From NCBI RefSeq assembly GCF_009914755.1, contig NC_060937.1: a DNA stretch of 64,000 nucleotides; one strand, 5' to 3'. The notes under the pieces are model-generated. The model ran no database searches, was not told the origin of the DNA, and saw only the letters and a list, made by a program, of their open reading frames with translations. How positions within the stretch are numbered: the stretch's first letter is position 1; each line of letters starts with the position of its first letter. This DNA comes from the human T2T-CHM13v2.0 reference genome, Homo sapiens. Positions 49,943 through 62,749 of the stretch are shown piece after piece. The translations under genes were made by a program, and so were the position numbers.

Positions 49943-52900
49943 CGTGGCTCAAACTTCCACATTGGGTATCCCCAAGAACCCCCCACACGTCTGTGAAATG
50001 AGGGGGGCCCCTCCCCTGGGGGCCTGACAGAATTGCTGTGAAACCTGAGATTGTGGGAAACTGCTGGAATCCGTGAAGGGTCTGCAACGTTAGACGGTGG
50101 GCTTAGGAACCTGCAGACTTTGGCAGGGACCCCGTGGCACCACCTCCCCCATCACTGTGCTGACTTCAGGGCCTGCAGGCACAGCCAGGTGCAGAGGGGA
50201 AGGGGCACAGTCATCATCCTCACCAAGGTGATGGATTCGCTGCAAGATGAAAGGTCTGTGTGCAGCTTCACATCTGTCCTTCTCTGGAATTCAGGTCTCT
50301 TCACCGCCCCCCCGAGGCCTCCTCCTGAGGTTTCCCTTTACCTGGTCCCCAAATGGGTGGTCCCAGTCACCTCTGCTGTGGAGATGCACCCTTGCTCACA
50401 TCGAGGACCCCAGGGAAGACTTTGACTGGAATCTGAAGGTTTATTTTGGAAAGGCAGCCTCTTGGTGACTCCAGGTCACTTCAGAAGAGAGGCCCCCCCT
50501 GTCTTTACAGCCATGTAATTTGCATTTGTAACGTGGTGGGAGAAGGCCTGGGATTGGCAGAGGGCATGGAGGAGATGAGTCGTGTAGATAGACTGGCCAG
50601 GAACGCCACCGGTTGGCAGCCTTTTGTCACCAGTTGAGATGATTTGGGATCATTTTTGGAGGCTCCTGGAGCAGCCACAGTTAGCACTGTGACCAGAAGG
50701 ATGGAGTTGTAAGGTTCTGGGTGCAGCTCACCTTTCTGTTCAGCCCACCCCGCTTCACTGTCTGCAATGGCTCCCAAGGACGCTGTGAGACTCTCATGTG
50801 GCAGGTGCACGGCTCTGGGCTGCATCTTGGTGACAGCATCCCTCTGGCATCCCAATGCAGGTTCCTGAGTCCCACCACAGAGCTTCCCGCCTCACAGATG
50901 GAACAGGGCCCTGCGTCTTCGGCAGGTACTCAGTGGTGTTTCTAGGTTCCAACTTGAGTCATCAGTGGATTCCCTGTGGAGGGTCCTTCAGGGGACAGCA
51001 GGGCACTGGTCAGGGGCCATGCAGGCTGAGAGCCCACCCTGAGAGGAGGCCAGGCCGGCAGAGCACAGGGCCCCAGCTCGGAGTGCGGGTGGCAGAGTCT
51101 TTAGTGCGTGGCCAGCTGGAAGCAGCAGTGGCACTTTGAGAATTTCAAGTCTTGTCCAGAGGCCTTGGTGGCCTCTGACTCACATGGCCTGTTCATGGCA
51201 ACCCCCGCTTTGGGAAAGCTACATCATGAGGGTCGCTCCTGGCTTCCTAAAGTGAACCTCTCCGAGCTTTCAGCCAACGGTAGGATACGGGACACGGTAT
51301 GGCCACCGAGAAGCTTTTGGACATCTGTGAGGGCCACCATCGTGAACGTGGTGGTCAGGAGCCCAGCATGAACCGGACTCAGTTGAGCATCAGGGCTGCC
51401 CCAGCCGGCTCTGCGGGGTTCACAGGAAGCCCACTCCTCCTCCCCAGCCATGCCTGGGATCTCCTCGGAGCCCTGAAAGGTCGTCCCCATGGGGTTCCAC
51501 AGCAGGGACAATGATGGCTCAAGCGGCCATTGGAACCAGAGCTGGGAAGCTGTGGGACGTCCCGGATGAAATGTAGGATGTAAGTCCCTGTTGGGGGCCA
51601 TGCAGCCCCACCTGTTGAGAAAGTGAAGAGCATTACTGACATTTCCATCATGATGTAAGGAAATCAAAGCACATCTAGTGAGAAAGTGATGCTGTGGAGA
51701 CCGGAGAGGGTAACCGTGTTTTCTTCGCAGTCACCATCTTCACTTTTCATTCATTAAAGAAATGGCAGAAAGAAAGCAGAACTGACTCCTGTGGGGACAG
51801 GCCCACTTCTGTGTCCAGGTGGGCAGACTAGAGTGAGGCAGAGACATGGCAGGTGGAGCCGTGGTGAGGGTGGTGCTGACTGGCAGTGGGGACTGGAGTG
51901 AGGGCTGCAGTCAGGGGTGTCGGCCTGGCACCCGCTCTGTGCCAAGGCCCAGCTGACCTCTCACCCTGCAGCATCAGAGACAGCCCTGGAGGTGCCATGT
52001 GGCCCGTCCAGCCCCAGCCCCGGCCCCGGCCCCGGCCCTGGGTCATGGCTTTGCAGCCTTCACTCTTTAGGGAAGGTCTCCCAGCTCCCCCTGTCCTAGG
52101 GCCGCCGCCCCCACCTCTACTCCACGTTATTATTAATACTGGCGATTTACAGTGGATGACACGGTGTCGTGAGTGGAAGCCGTGTGGCAGCGGCGGGGAC
52201 CTTCCTATCTTTAGTGCCCAGTGCCTGGGATGAGACACACTGTGTGACCGCCAGCTCACTGCTTCCCCCGCATGTGTGGCCGACGTAAAGTCCACCCAGT
52301 CCTCAGCAGCTTCCCCCAGCACGGACAGGTGCTCCACGGCCTCTGGGCCTCTCCGCGCTCTACCCGAGCTGGTTGCGGGGCGTGAGGTGGGCGCGTGTTT
52401 GTTTTGTTCGCTTGGAACCTGTGTGCGGAGGAGGCTGCCCACGCTGCTGCTGGGTAAAGGCACCATCCCCGTGAACCGAGCTCGGCAGGTGCCGGAACTG
52501 AGTCCAGGTCCAGCCTTTCACCACTGGCCACTCGCAGCCTCCCTCAGGCCCATCCTGCCAGACACGGCAGCAGCAGGGGTAACGCCCACGGCCATGCAGG
52601 CCCTGCTCCTCCTGCCCCAGCGCCCTTCCCTCCCCGGTGGTACTCCCACCCCTGGGACCGTCAGCACTTGCCTCCCCTCCTCCATTTGCTATTCGGCTGC
52701 CTGTGTCACTTCACCAGCTATTCAGGCTAGAAGCCCAGACGGCCTCCCTGCCCCCCAAGTCCCTGAGTCCCCAGCTGCCATCATCTCCAGACTCTCCTTG
52801 TCCATCACACCTCTGCCTCCCGCTTCTCTCCTCGGGATCCCTCCCCACCGGTCAGCATCAGCTGCTCTCAGGCCCCAGGTGCCACTCTTGGCCCTGAGCT

Positions 52901-55183
52901 TCTGCCCCTATCCTGCCTGACTTCTCGCCACCTGCTTCAGGCCCTGCACCCACCACCACCCCATCCCACCACCCCACCCTGTGCCCCCTCCCAGGGAGCA
53001 CCGGGCAGGGCCCCCTCCCCCCATGCCGGGTCTGCCCCCGCTTGGTGGTGGCTGCTGAACCTGCGGAGAAGCTGGCTCTCCCTGGGATCCGAGCTCCTCG
53101 GGGACAGGAGCTTCCCTGACATTTGTGTCCTCGGCACCTGCGTCATAAACGAGGACCGAGCAAACGAGTCACAAAGCCATGCTGACTTGGTGCTTCCGTG
53201 GGGCTGGGCCGAGTTCTAGCCGCCTGTGACCGTGTCTGCATCTGTAGACAGATTTAATTGTGTGTGTGTGTGTGCGAGGCGCCTCGCTCAGCCCAGGACC
53301 ACAAAGCCCAGGGGGCCTGGCTCTCGGTCCAGCCTTCGGCCTTCACTGCTGACGGCTTCTCAAGGTTTTGCCCAGGGGAAAGCAGACGCTCCAAGGGTGG
53401 CGGCGCCTGTTGGGTGCCTTGTGGTCAGGCCGGTCTTGGGATTTTGAAGAGAACAGACGTGAACAGGACTGCGTCTGGCTTCATCATCCATCCTCTCGGG
53501 GCGGGAAAGTCTGTTTTCTTGCCCTCAGGAAAACCCACTGCTGGAGAAACAGCAGTTTCCAGACTCTCTCTACCCACGTATCTTGGGGTTAACTCTGGTG
53601 TCCTTCACCACGTGAGAGCTGTTGTTCGAAGCAGCTGGAGGAGTGAGATCCTAGAGGAAGGAGGAACCTCTAAGCAGGGGCCACACCTGCCCCAAGACTC
53701 CTGGCCCCAGGTGTCCTCACACAACACCCAGGGGTCCTCAGGACCCCGGAGCTGACTGGCACCTGCTGCGGAAGAGGATGGCCTGGACCTGCCCTGTGGA
53801 CGGAGGGATCGCTGCATCCCTTCCTCCACCATGTCAGTGTGACGGGCCGCGCGTGCCATCTGCAGCCTTCACTGGGTAAAAGTGAAGGTCCCTCACCTGG
53901 ATCTTTTCCACCGTATCTTGAGATCAAGTGGTTAGGAATGCTTGCAGGGTCTTGCCTCATAGTGGAGAGAAACAGCGGAACAGCCCCTTGGGTTGGTTTC
54001 TGGATGGGGAGGATGTAGCCCTCATGCCTGGTGTCTACAGAGTCCAGCTTGGGGACGCGATTGCAGCCAGGGGCATAAACGTGACCGTGCACACCTGGCC
54101 TTTCATTTTCCCTTTTGGAGGTTTCAGATCACGATCAGCCAGCTCATGTTTGAAATTCTCTGAGGAGAATTTGGAAGAGAAAAAGGACAAAACAGCATTT
54201 TGCTTTTGTTTTTTTAACCAGGGACATTTTTCTTCCTACTTTTTAATCATTGAAATTAGATTTAAGCAATCAGAAAATAAGCCTTTAGACCTGCGCCAGG
54301 TTGTCCTCAGGTCTGTGCCCCTCCCGGACCTTTCTGCAGAGATGAAGCAGGTGCCCGGACAAGGTGGTGAGCACAGCTGGGTCCCAGTGCCAGCCACTGA
54401 GGGTGGGCATGAGATGCGCAGGCAGCCTCGTGGCAGGCTCTGCAAGTCAGCTGGAGAACACGCCACACGTAAACAAAAGACATGTATGAAAAACCACACA
54501 GGAGCCAGGACGTGTAACAAGTTCTGAACAGTAGCAGCAAAGGGATGAGTTGAACACTGAGGGGTGAGTGTTTGTGGGGTGGTCTCGAAGGCCTGTGCCC
54601 TGATGAACACCAAGGGGTGAGTGTGTTTGTGGGGTGGGAGTCAAGGCTGTGGAGCTTGTGTGTTGGGGGAAGAGGGGCGGGTGGAGAAGCACAGCCTCTG
54701 CTGTGAGGGGCATGGGTGTGGCCCTGGTGTCCCCAGAGTGTTTGGGACCTGGACTGTGGGTTGGCGATGGGTATCACCCTGTCCTGGGCAGGCTTCGTCC
54801 TTCAGGGCTCCATGTGGTGGGGCAGTGGTTCTCGGGACGGGCCTGCTCTCCAGGGCCGGGCATTGGTGTTTGCAAAGCTCCCTGGGGACTGACAGCAGTG
54901 GCCCTGAGAGCGCCTGTGGGGTGGTCTGGGCACCTGCAGGTCTGACCTGAGGGATGGGGATGGGGTTTAGCTGAAGACAATGAAAGGGGGAGATGTCCCA
55001 GCAGGGGCCTCTGAGCAGGGATTTCAGGTTGGAGGGAGGCAGGCGGCCCCTTCCCAGGGGAATACCAGGGCAGGAGGGATTTCCCCAGGGAGCTGAGGCC
55101 CAGGCAGCAGCAGAACTGGGCGACAGGATGCAGTGTGAACAGTGGCGTGGAAAGCGACATCCCTGGTGGAGCCACCGATACCG

Positions 55184-55478
55184 TTTATTTTTTATTTTAT
55201 TTTTTTTGAGACGGAGTTTCACTGTTGTGCCTAGGCTGGAGTGCGGTGGTGCAATCTCAGCTCACTGCAACCTCCGCCTCCTGGGTTCAAGTGATTCTCG
55301 TCCCTCAGCCTCGTGAGTAACTGGGATTACAGGTGCCGGCCACCACGCCTGGCTAATTTTTGTATTTTTAGTAGAGACGGGGTTTCGGCATGTTGGCCAG
55401 GCTGGTCTTGAAATCCTGACCTGAGGTGATTCGCCGGCGTCGGCCTCCCAGAGTGCTGGGATTACAGGCGTGAGCCAC
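55184..55478 (-). mobile_element. Alu (AluS-like), slightly 5'-truncated
   Basis: Poly-T, GAGACGGAGTTTCACTGTTG...GGCGTGAGCCAC; flanking ATAC(C/G)GTTTATTT TSD-like repeats. Confidence 0.93.
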
Positions 55479-56238
55479 AATACGGTTTATTTAAGTAAAC
55501 TGTTGCTGTCTTTATTCCTAGGGAAGGGGTCCTGCGGGTGGGACGCCAACAGTGGGAAGTAGCAGTGAGCCATAAATGTGCTGAAAGACAGCACGGAAAG
55601 GCACCACAGGTCACCGCCTGGGAGGGGAAGGGCTGCCGGCAAGTGACTCTGAGGCTTCGGTTGGAAATGCAGCTACTAGTTTTCTCTTTACATTTAAGAT
55701 TCTTCCCAAAAACTTCGTGTAAGTTTCTTTGCCAAATTTTCAGTGAGGAATTATGCTTTAAAGTTTCTAGAACTCGGAGGACATTCTCTACTTAGGGGAT
55801 TTAGAAATGTTTTTAGGTAATCTGAATAAGCAATCAGCACTGATTTTGAAAGTTTGCCAGTTCGGCGAATTAGATACTGAAACCTGGAGAACTAGGGACG
55901 TCTATGTCTTTGAAACAGGAGTCTGAATGTCGAGGGGAAAACCTCGGTTGTTGTTGTTTTTCTTTTCTTCAGCAGCAGAAGTTGATAATATGTTTTGCTC
56001 CTGCGACCCTTTATTCTGTGTCAGAGTTATAGAAGAAGGTTCCTTGTGTAAGTGAACCCTGATACAGTGGAAATTGACCGGAGAAGAATGAATTTAGTTT
56101 CAAACATACTATCTTCACTGCAGAATAAATACCACGAAGGTTGTAACTAGTTATTTCGGTTTTGTTCAGAGCAACAGTTCTTAAGTCTTTCTGCAGCATG
56201 ACCTCATCGTGCTTTTAAAATCTTTTTTCTGCAGCCTC

Positions 56239-56407
56239 ATGTTTGACTGTTGGAGATTTATCCTGTGCAAGAGACCTGGAAGCAACAGTTATTCTTCCCC
56301 ACAACGGCCCAATGAGGCCAAAAAGGAGGAAACGGATCACCAAATTGATGTGTCTGACGTCATCAGGCTTGTTCAAGACACACCGGAGGCGACGGCCATG
56401 GCCACAG
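56239..56407 (+). CDS. MCF2L: MCF2L (DBS/OST Rho GEF) first coding exon, MFDCWRFILCKRPGSNSYSSPQRPNEAKKEETDHQIDVSDVIRLVQDTPEATAMAT; exon starts at 56235
   Basis: Recognised N-terminus of human DBS; ttttttctgcag|CCTCATG acceptor, G|gtaggc donor (phase 1); the gene continues beyond the window. Confidence 0.92.
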
Positions 56408-58163
56408 GTAGGCGCCTGGTGCTGCGGCCTCATTTGATTTTGCAGGTCTCACTGCTGATCAGACCTGTGCTGTTCTTTGCTATTCCGGTCCTTTTAGAGA
56501 TTGACAAGGTTTAGATCCTGGGAATGCATGACCCCCCAGGTAGCAGGCTGTGGGAGGGGCCTCGAATGGGTTCACGTGGCTTTTACCTGCCCAGGTCCAA
56601 GTTGGGACGACTTGCCTCAAGATGTGTGGTCATTTGTTTGACTTGGCATTGGTTATCTAAGTGAGTATTTTAAAATGAGTTTGGCTCCGGTTAGAGATCA
56701 TGAGAAATGTTTCTTTGGGTTCCAAATAAAGCACAGTATACCTGAAGGGAACAATTTGTAGGCTTTGCTTCATTCTTTAGAAACAAAAGAGCTATTGTCT
56801 GAATTTGTATGTTTTCATATTAACATGGCAAAGCCTCAGCTGGTCTCCAGACCAGTGCCCCTGCCTGGGCGTCTGGAATTGGCTGTACCCCGAGGTGAGA
56901 GCTGGGCAGGCCTGGGGTGTGAGTGGCCTCTCCAAGCTCAGCCTGACCTCCTGATCCAGGCCAGACAATGCTTCTCTCTCCAGCCCCTGCCTGTCTGAAT
57001 GTTCTGCATGTATTTTCTAACCTGAGCAAGGGGCTGAGTTCTCTGTTCCTAGTTTTGCCTGCATTTAATTATTTGTTGCCATTTCTTCCCAAATTGATTC
57101 CAAAATTTGTCACTAGACAAACCCAGTGTGGGCACTCACCACTGAGGGCAGGCGTGGATTTGATGGCCGGGTGCTGGCCTGGCATTGCAAAATCCATCCT
57201 CTGGCTGGACAGGACGTGCAGGCTTCCAGCACCAATGGGGTGGCCACTGAGCTGAGAAGGGATTTTGATAATTCTGCTGCCTGCTCTAAATCTGGTGCTT
57301 TTCTGGGCCTTGTCCTGAGCTGGCATTTGCGCTGATTAGTGGAGTCTTGGGAGTTGCTGGGTCAAGGCATCATTCTGAGACTTTCGCATTCAGAGTCCAT
57401 CCTGTCCCCATCCCACGGCTGCTGCCCTGAGGGCTGGTGCCCGGGAATTCCCTCCTGTTTCGTGTCTTCAGGTGAGAACTGCCCTGGCCCTGTCTTCAGA
57501 GCTCAGCTCTGTGTGTCTGCTGCTGTAGAAAGAGATTCCACCTGGTGACTGCCGAGTGTCTGTGGTTCCCTGGCCCAGTGGTTCTGGGCCACAACTTGTG
57601 TAGACTCTTGCACTTGGAAACGCAGGCTGTTGGTTTAGAGCTGGCTGGCTGGGGGGCTGCGTTTCGGTATAGTCACCCCAGTCAGGGTATGTGCTTAGTT
57701 CTGCGGGATTAAGAATTTGATTTCCATCACTTCCCTTGTCAGTGACTGTCACGAATGAGAGGTGAGGACTGAGCCTCTTGGGACCTCTCACGGACTGAGA
57801 ACCAGGTGCTCTCATTATTCCCTGGCACACCGCCTGCTTCTCTGGGATGTACACACCTGAGAAACCCTGTGAGCGAGGAGACAGCTACTTCCTACAACAG
57901 TGAAGCGGGGCTGTCAGGACAGTGCTGCACACAGCTTAGCTATTGTGCAGGGGGCTTCAGAAGAGGGCAGGAGTGAGGGGCTACTTAGCGCGTGCAGACA
58001 GCTGGCTGCCCTGACCTCTGCAACTGGAAGGTTGCTGAGTCTTCCCGCGCTCAGCTTGGCTGTGAATTAACTGCCCGTGGCCACTCAGAACCTCGGACTG
58101 GTGCCTTTCCCTGAGCGCCCAAGTCTCGCGTGGACCAGCTCTGGGGACTGAGGAGCTGGCCGC

Positions 58164-58280
58164 GGTTAGGGTTAGGGTTAGAGGTTAAGGTTAGGGTTAG
58201 GGGTTGGGACTGGGGTAGGGGTAGGTGTTAGGGGTAGGGGTAGCGTTTGGGGTAAGGCAGATTTAGGACTAGGGTTAGGG
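58164..58280 (+). repeat. Degenerate interstitial telomere-like (TTAGGG)n tract
   Basis: GGTTAGGGTTAGGGTTAGAGGTTAAGGTTAGGGTTAGGGG...TAGGGTTAGGG. Confidence 0.85.
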
Positions 58281-58939
58281 AACCCTCACAACTGAACCAA
58301 GTGCTCCTATTATTTCTCAATGTACCGAGCTCTCCCAGGCTCAGGAGCATGTCAGGGTCCACCGTGCACCAGCCGTGGAGCAGAGCCTGGGCCCACGCTC
58401 TGGCTTTGTTCCTGCCCCTGCTGACCCCACAAGCTTGGGTGGGTTGAGAAGCCTCTGCAGTGTGGGCAGCAGTAGTAGCATCCAGGCAGCTGCTGTGAGG
58501 AGCCCAGACATGTGGCTGGTCAGAGCACCCACTTAGCAAGCCGTGGCTCTTAATAATGTCACATCTGACTTCTTCCTCCCCTAACTCGCAAAACCTCTCT
58601 GATCCCTGAGTCCTGGAGGCCCAGGGCTGGCTTTACCAAGAAAGCCCTTTAGGCAGCTTCCCTCCAACCCTGGACTCCAGGGGATTGGAAGATAATCTGC
58701 TTAGAGTTCTGAGCGGTGAAGCCCTTCTGGCTGTCCTTGCCTCGTCTGCTCTGTGGAAAGAGAAGCGCACGGCGTGGACTGCGGCCTGCGGGAGAACCGC
58801 ACTCGGCTCTCAGGCCCTGCCTGCACCACACCTGCTCCGTCTCCAGGTGACCTGGGGCCTTGGCAATGTCCTAGCCCAGCTGGCTGGAGACAGTTGGTGG
58901 TGATGAAACCTGTTTGTATCAGAACAATTTCGAAATCAG

Positions 58940-59960
58940 TGATAGTTTTTTTTGTCATAAAATAGACACCCATGAAATGTACCATTTTAACTACTGTCAA
59001 GTGTAGAGTTCCCTGGTATGAAATATACTCACACTGTTGTACAACCACCACCAGTGTCCATCTTCAGAACTTTCTCATCTTCTCTGAAACTCTGTCCCCA
59101 TTAAACACCCGCTCCCATTCCCCCTGTTGGAAATAAGAACTCGGAGTTGCAAAGAAAACGAGCACGTAAATAAAGGATTTCTCAACAAGGCAAATTTACT
59201 TCTGCAGAAGGGTGCTGCTCACTCTTCTGGTCGCTGCAAGAGCACACCGAACAAAGGAGGAGAGGGGGTTTTATCCCTAACGCAGCCAGTCCCTGCTACT
59301 GTGTCCAGTCCCCATTGGCTGGAGTCAGACTACACAATCTCAGCTGATCCTGATTGGCTACTTCAAATGGAACAGGGGTGGGGGCTACAGTGGTGGGAAG
59401 AGCAGTTTCAGAACTAAAGGCACCAAATAAGGAATAGATGTGGGTTGTTACAGATTGGGAATGGATGTGGGTTACAGATTGGGAACGGCACGAAGTTTGT
59501 TTACCGTAACTAGGGGCAAGGAGGCAAGGAAGTTAGGCTTTGAGCATAAAGGACAAAGACGAGGGATTTGAACAAGTGGAACTTTTGAAGAGGATCTCAC
59601 TGTATCCAACACCCCTGCCCCCAGCTCGACACCCACCATCCTACTTTCTTTCTCTATGAAATGGACAACTCTAGGGAGCTCATGTAACTGGAGGTTATTA
59701 CACTGGGCATAACATTCTGAGGTTCATCTGTGTTGTACCGTGTGACACAATTTCCTTCCTTTTTAAGGCTGAGTAATATTCCATAGTGTGGGTGGACCAC
59801 ATTTGTTTCTTCACACATTCATCCACGGACGTTTGGGTCACAGCCGCCTCTGCTATTGTGAATAACACTCCTATGAACACAGTGTGCAAATACCTGTGCA
59901 GGCCCCTGCTTTCAGGCCTTGGGGTTGCCTCCCCAGAAGTGGAATTGCCGCATCATGCAA
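58940..59960 (-). mobile_element. L1M(B-type) 3' fragment, split by an LTR insertion
   Basis: TTGTACAACCACCACC..CTTCAGAACTTTCTCATC..AACTCTGTCCCCATTAAAC and CTTTTTAAGGCTGAGTAATATTCCATAGTGTG are typical old L1 3'UTR motifs. Confidence 0.75.
59125..59611 (-). mobile_element. ERV1-class solo LTR (subfamily uncertain), 487 bp
   Basis: TGTTGGA...TCCAACA 7-bp inverted termini, 4-bp TSD CCCC; CCAAT boxes and a TATA-like GATAAAAA on the minus strand. Confidence 0.82.
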
Positions 59961-61406
59961 GTATTTATTTTGAAACCATGATAGAAGGTGATTCCCCCTG
60001 GTTCTACCTTTATTTTCCTGCTGGGCGATGAACAGTGTCCCGTCCAACTTCCCTGTTCTCAGTCAACAGACACTGGTCTTTGAGAAGGTCACAGGAGGCC
60101 CGGGTCCTGCTGGGTAAACATTGATGAGCTTATTTTCCAGCTCGCTCGGTGCGGTCTGAAGCTGCTCTGTTTGCTCTTGGTTTCCTTCAGGCTTCTTCAT
60201 TTCAGCTATCGTGACAGTGTTCCACCACATTGTTTCAGTGACTCTGCGATTAACTGTTTCACAGTCAGCTATGGAAGGGCCTCTAATCCGAGGGGACACA
60301 CTGCAGACAGGCCTCCTCAGGGCTCCTGCCTGAGCCTGCAGCGTTTTGTAAGCTGACTCACTCCACTAAAGGTCAGCTCTCACAGCTGTGCTGCAGGATT
60401 TGCAGGTGAATGGGGAAGGCGTGGCCAGCATCAGCTCCCTGTGGCTTCTGGCGCTCACCCTCTGCAGGGCCTGTCTCACTGAGAATGGCAGGTGCCCACA
60501 GGAACATGCACACACGCATATGTACACACACGCACACACGGTGCAGTTCCATGGGGTGCGTGTGGAGCTTGTCTGGCTCTCCTCTCCCTGGCAGTGCTTT
60601 CCTATCAAAACACCAGTGCCCGCTCTGCCGTGAGTGCGTGGTCTTGCTTTTCAGTGGTGCGTAATGCGTTCTGGCTCTGGTGGGCCAGGTGAGAGCAGAG
60701 GCCTGGGAACATGTTGTTCAGCCTCTTTGGAAGGACCGCTATCATCTTAGAATTGAGCGTGAGAGAGCAAGAGGGTTCGCCCACAACTTCCTTGCGCAGC
60801 AGAAGTGAGGTGCCCCCGGCACAGGCGAGCACCTCTAGCTCTAGGGTGGCTTGTGGGGCCTCCTGTTAGAAACTCCATCTATCCCCATTGGTCAGTGGTG
60901 TCTTTAAAGATGCCAGTGATTTTCGTCCCAGCAAACCTTTGAGCATCACACTGTTCAGGTGCTGGGCAAAGCTTTGAGGATAAAAGAACAAGTGGAAGAC
61001 AATCCCTGACTTGGGCTTAGGGTGAAGAAGAGCAGCGAAGAAACAGACACATTTGCCGCCTTGGGTGGAGTCGTGACATTGCTGTTTCTATGTCAGAAGC
61101 CTTGGAGCATGGATGATTCCGTGGCTGGACCTAATACTTCCATGCTTTATGGTAGGAGATTACACAGGATTCTGAGGGGGGACCTTGTCTCCACCTGGGG
61201 GCACGCGGGAGGGTTGGGAAGCACTTCGGGAAGGACCAAGACTTGCCCCAGCCTTGAGAAGTGATGGGGCTGCAGCATTCAGATATGAGTCTCACAGAGG
61301 GGTTTGCAGAAACAATTAGCTGGAGCTGAAAATGTACTTTGGGGAAGGGGAAAATGACCACAAGAAACAGATACTTGGAAGGAAATTGGCTTTTTGGCTA
61401 TCCACA

Positions 61407-61537
61407 GTGTTTCTGGCATGGGTCATAGTCGTGGCTTGGTGGAGAATCCTCGGTGTTTGTGGCATGGATCGTAGTCATGGCTTGGTGGAGAATCCTCGGT
61501 GTTTCCAGCATGGGTCAGTCGCGGCTTGGTGGAGAAT
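61407..61537. repeat. ~46-bp tandem repeat x~2.8
   Basis: GGCTTGGTGGAGAAT recurs with GGAGAAT at 61441, 61487, 61531. Confidence 0.85.
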
Positions 61538-62749
61538 GGCTGAATCCTGGCAACTGTGGCCTTTGCAGGGGCTGTAGTTGTGCATTCGTGAATCTGACGG
61601 GGGAAGATGTGTTTCTTCACATCTTCAGGCTCCTTCTGTGGTTGGGTGCTAGCTGTTGTATGCTGATGGACTGGTTTCTCTTGGCCCACAGAAAATGTTC
61701 TTTAATAATTTGGTAGACTCTGGACTTGAAACTTCCTGGTTCTTCATGCAGTTCTCAAAGCTCATGATTTTCTTGGGAGATTCATTGCTTTCTCCTTGCA
61801 TGCCATTTAGTGTTGCAGAAAACAGCTCTGAGAAAAGGCGATCTCAGCAGCACGCCGTGTTAAAGAACAGCGCATGTTGGGAGAATGAGCACCCACTGCT
61901 CCCTCCACTCATCTTTTCTTTATAGTTCTGAGTCTCGAGTGAGACGGCCTCTGAAGATGAACATGTTGTTTGTGGAAATGGTACTTGCAGTGTGGCTGTC
62001 AATGATTAACTTCTTGTTTTCAACCTTTCCTGATTCCTCAGCATCTTTCTACTTGGACTTTGTGTATTACTCAGGAAGCTGGCAGGAATTCCTAATTTTT
62101 TTAAGACATGTGTTCAGTGCATATGAACCTCCAGACATTTGGGAACAAGTTGTGTTACTGGTTAATGTTGGAAGCATGGCTGGTATCTGCTCGTGTCCGA
62201 TGCCAAGGGTGTGGGCAGCTTCCCAAGGCCAGGTGAGATGCTGGCATGGGGGCACAGGTGCTCTGACTCACCAGGGCTCCCGTGTTAGGGGGATGGGGTG
62301 GACCACCGCCCCAGCTTGCACAGGGGTCCTCTGGTCTCCCAAGCGCCCTCTGATTCAAGGGTGCCTAAATGGACTGTTCTGAATGGAATTGGCTGCAGTA
62401 TTTTTCATCTTTTAATTAAAATGGATGTGGCGTATTACCTGAAACCAGGAGTAACTGTTCTGAGCTGCTGGAGAGACTCCTCAGGTGAACGGAAGGTGTC
62501 TGAAGACAGCAGGCAGCTTCTCTCCCAAGAGCCCCTTCTCAGAGCCAGAGCCGCTTTTGCATGCCCCAGAGCACACATGATTCTGTGGGTGTTTTATCAG
62601 GAAGTTAGGGGTTTCTGCCTGAGTGCTCTACAATATGTGCTCTATGATTAAAGTCGGATTTCTCCTCTGAAGAAACTGTGTTTGACATGACAGAATCAAA
62701 GGCAAGCATCACTAGTCACCAGCGTGTCAGACACAAACACCAGGCTCAT

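Noticed and set aside
41041-55200. Numerous 100-270 aa ORFs in the intergenic, CpG-island and MCF2L intron regions
   Set aside because: GC-rich, Pro/Gly/Arg/Ala-biased, overlapping in several frames, many starting at non-ATG codons, and with no recognisable domains
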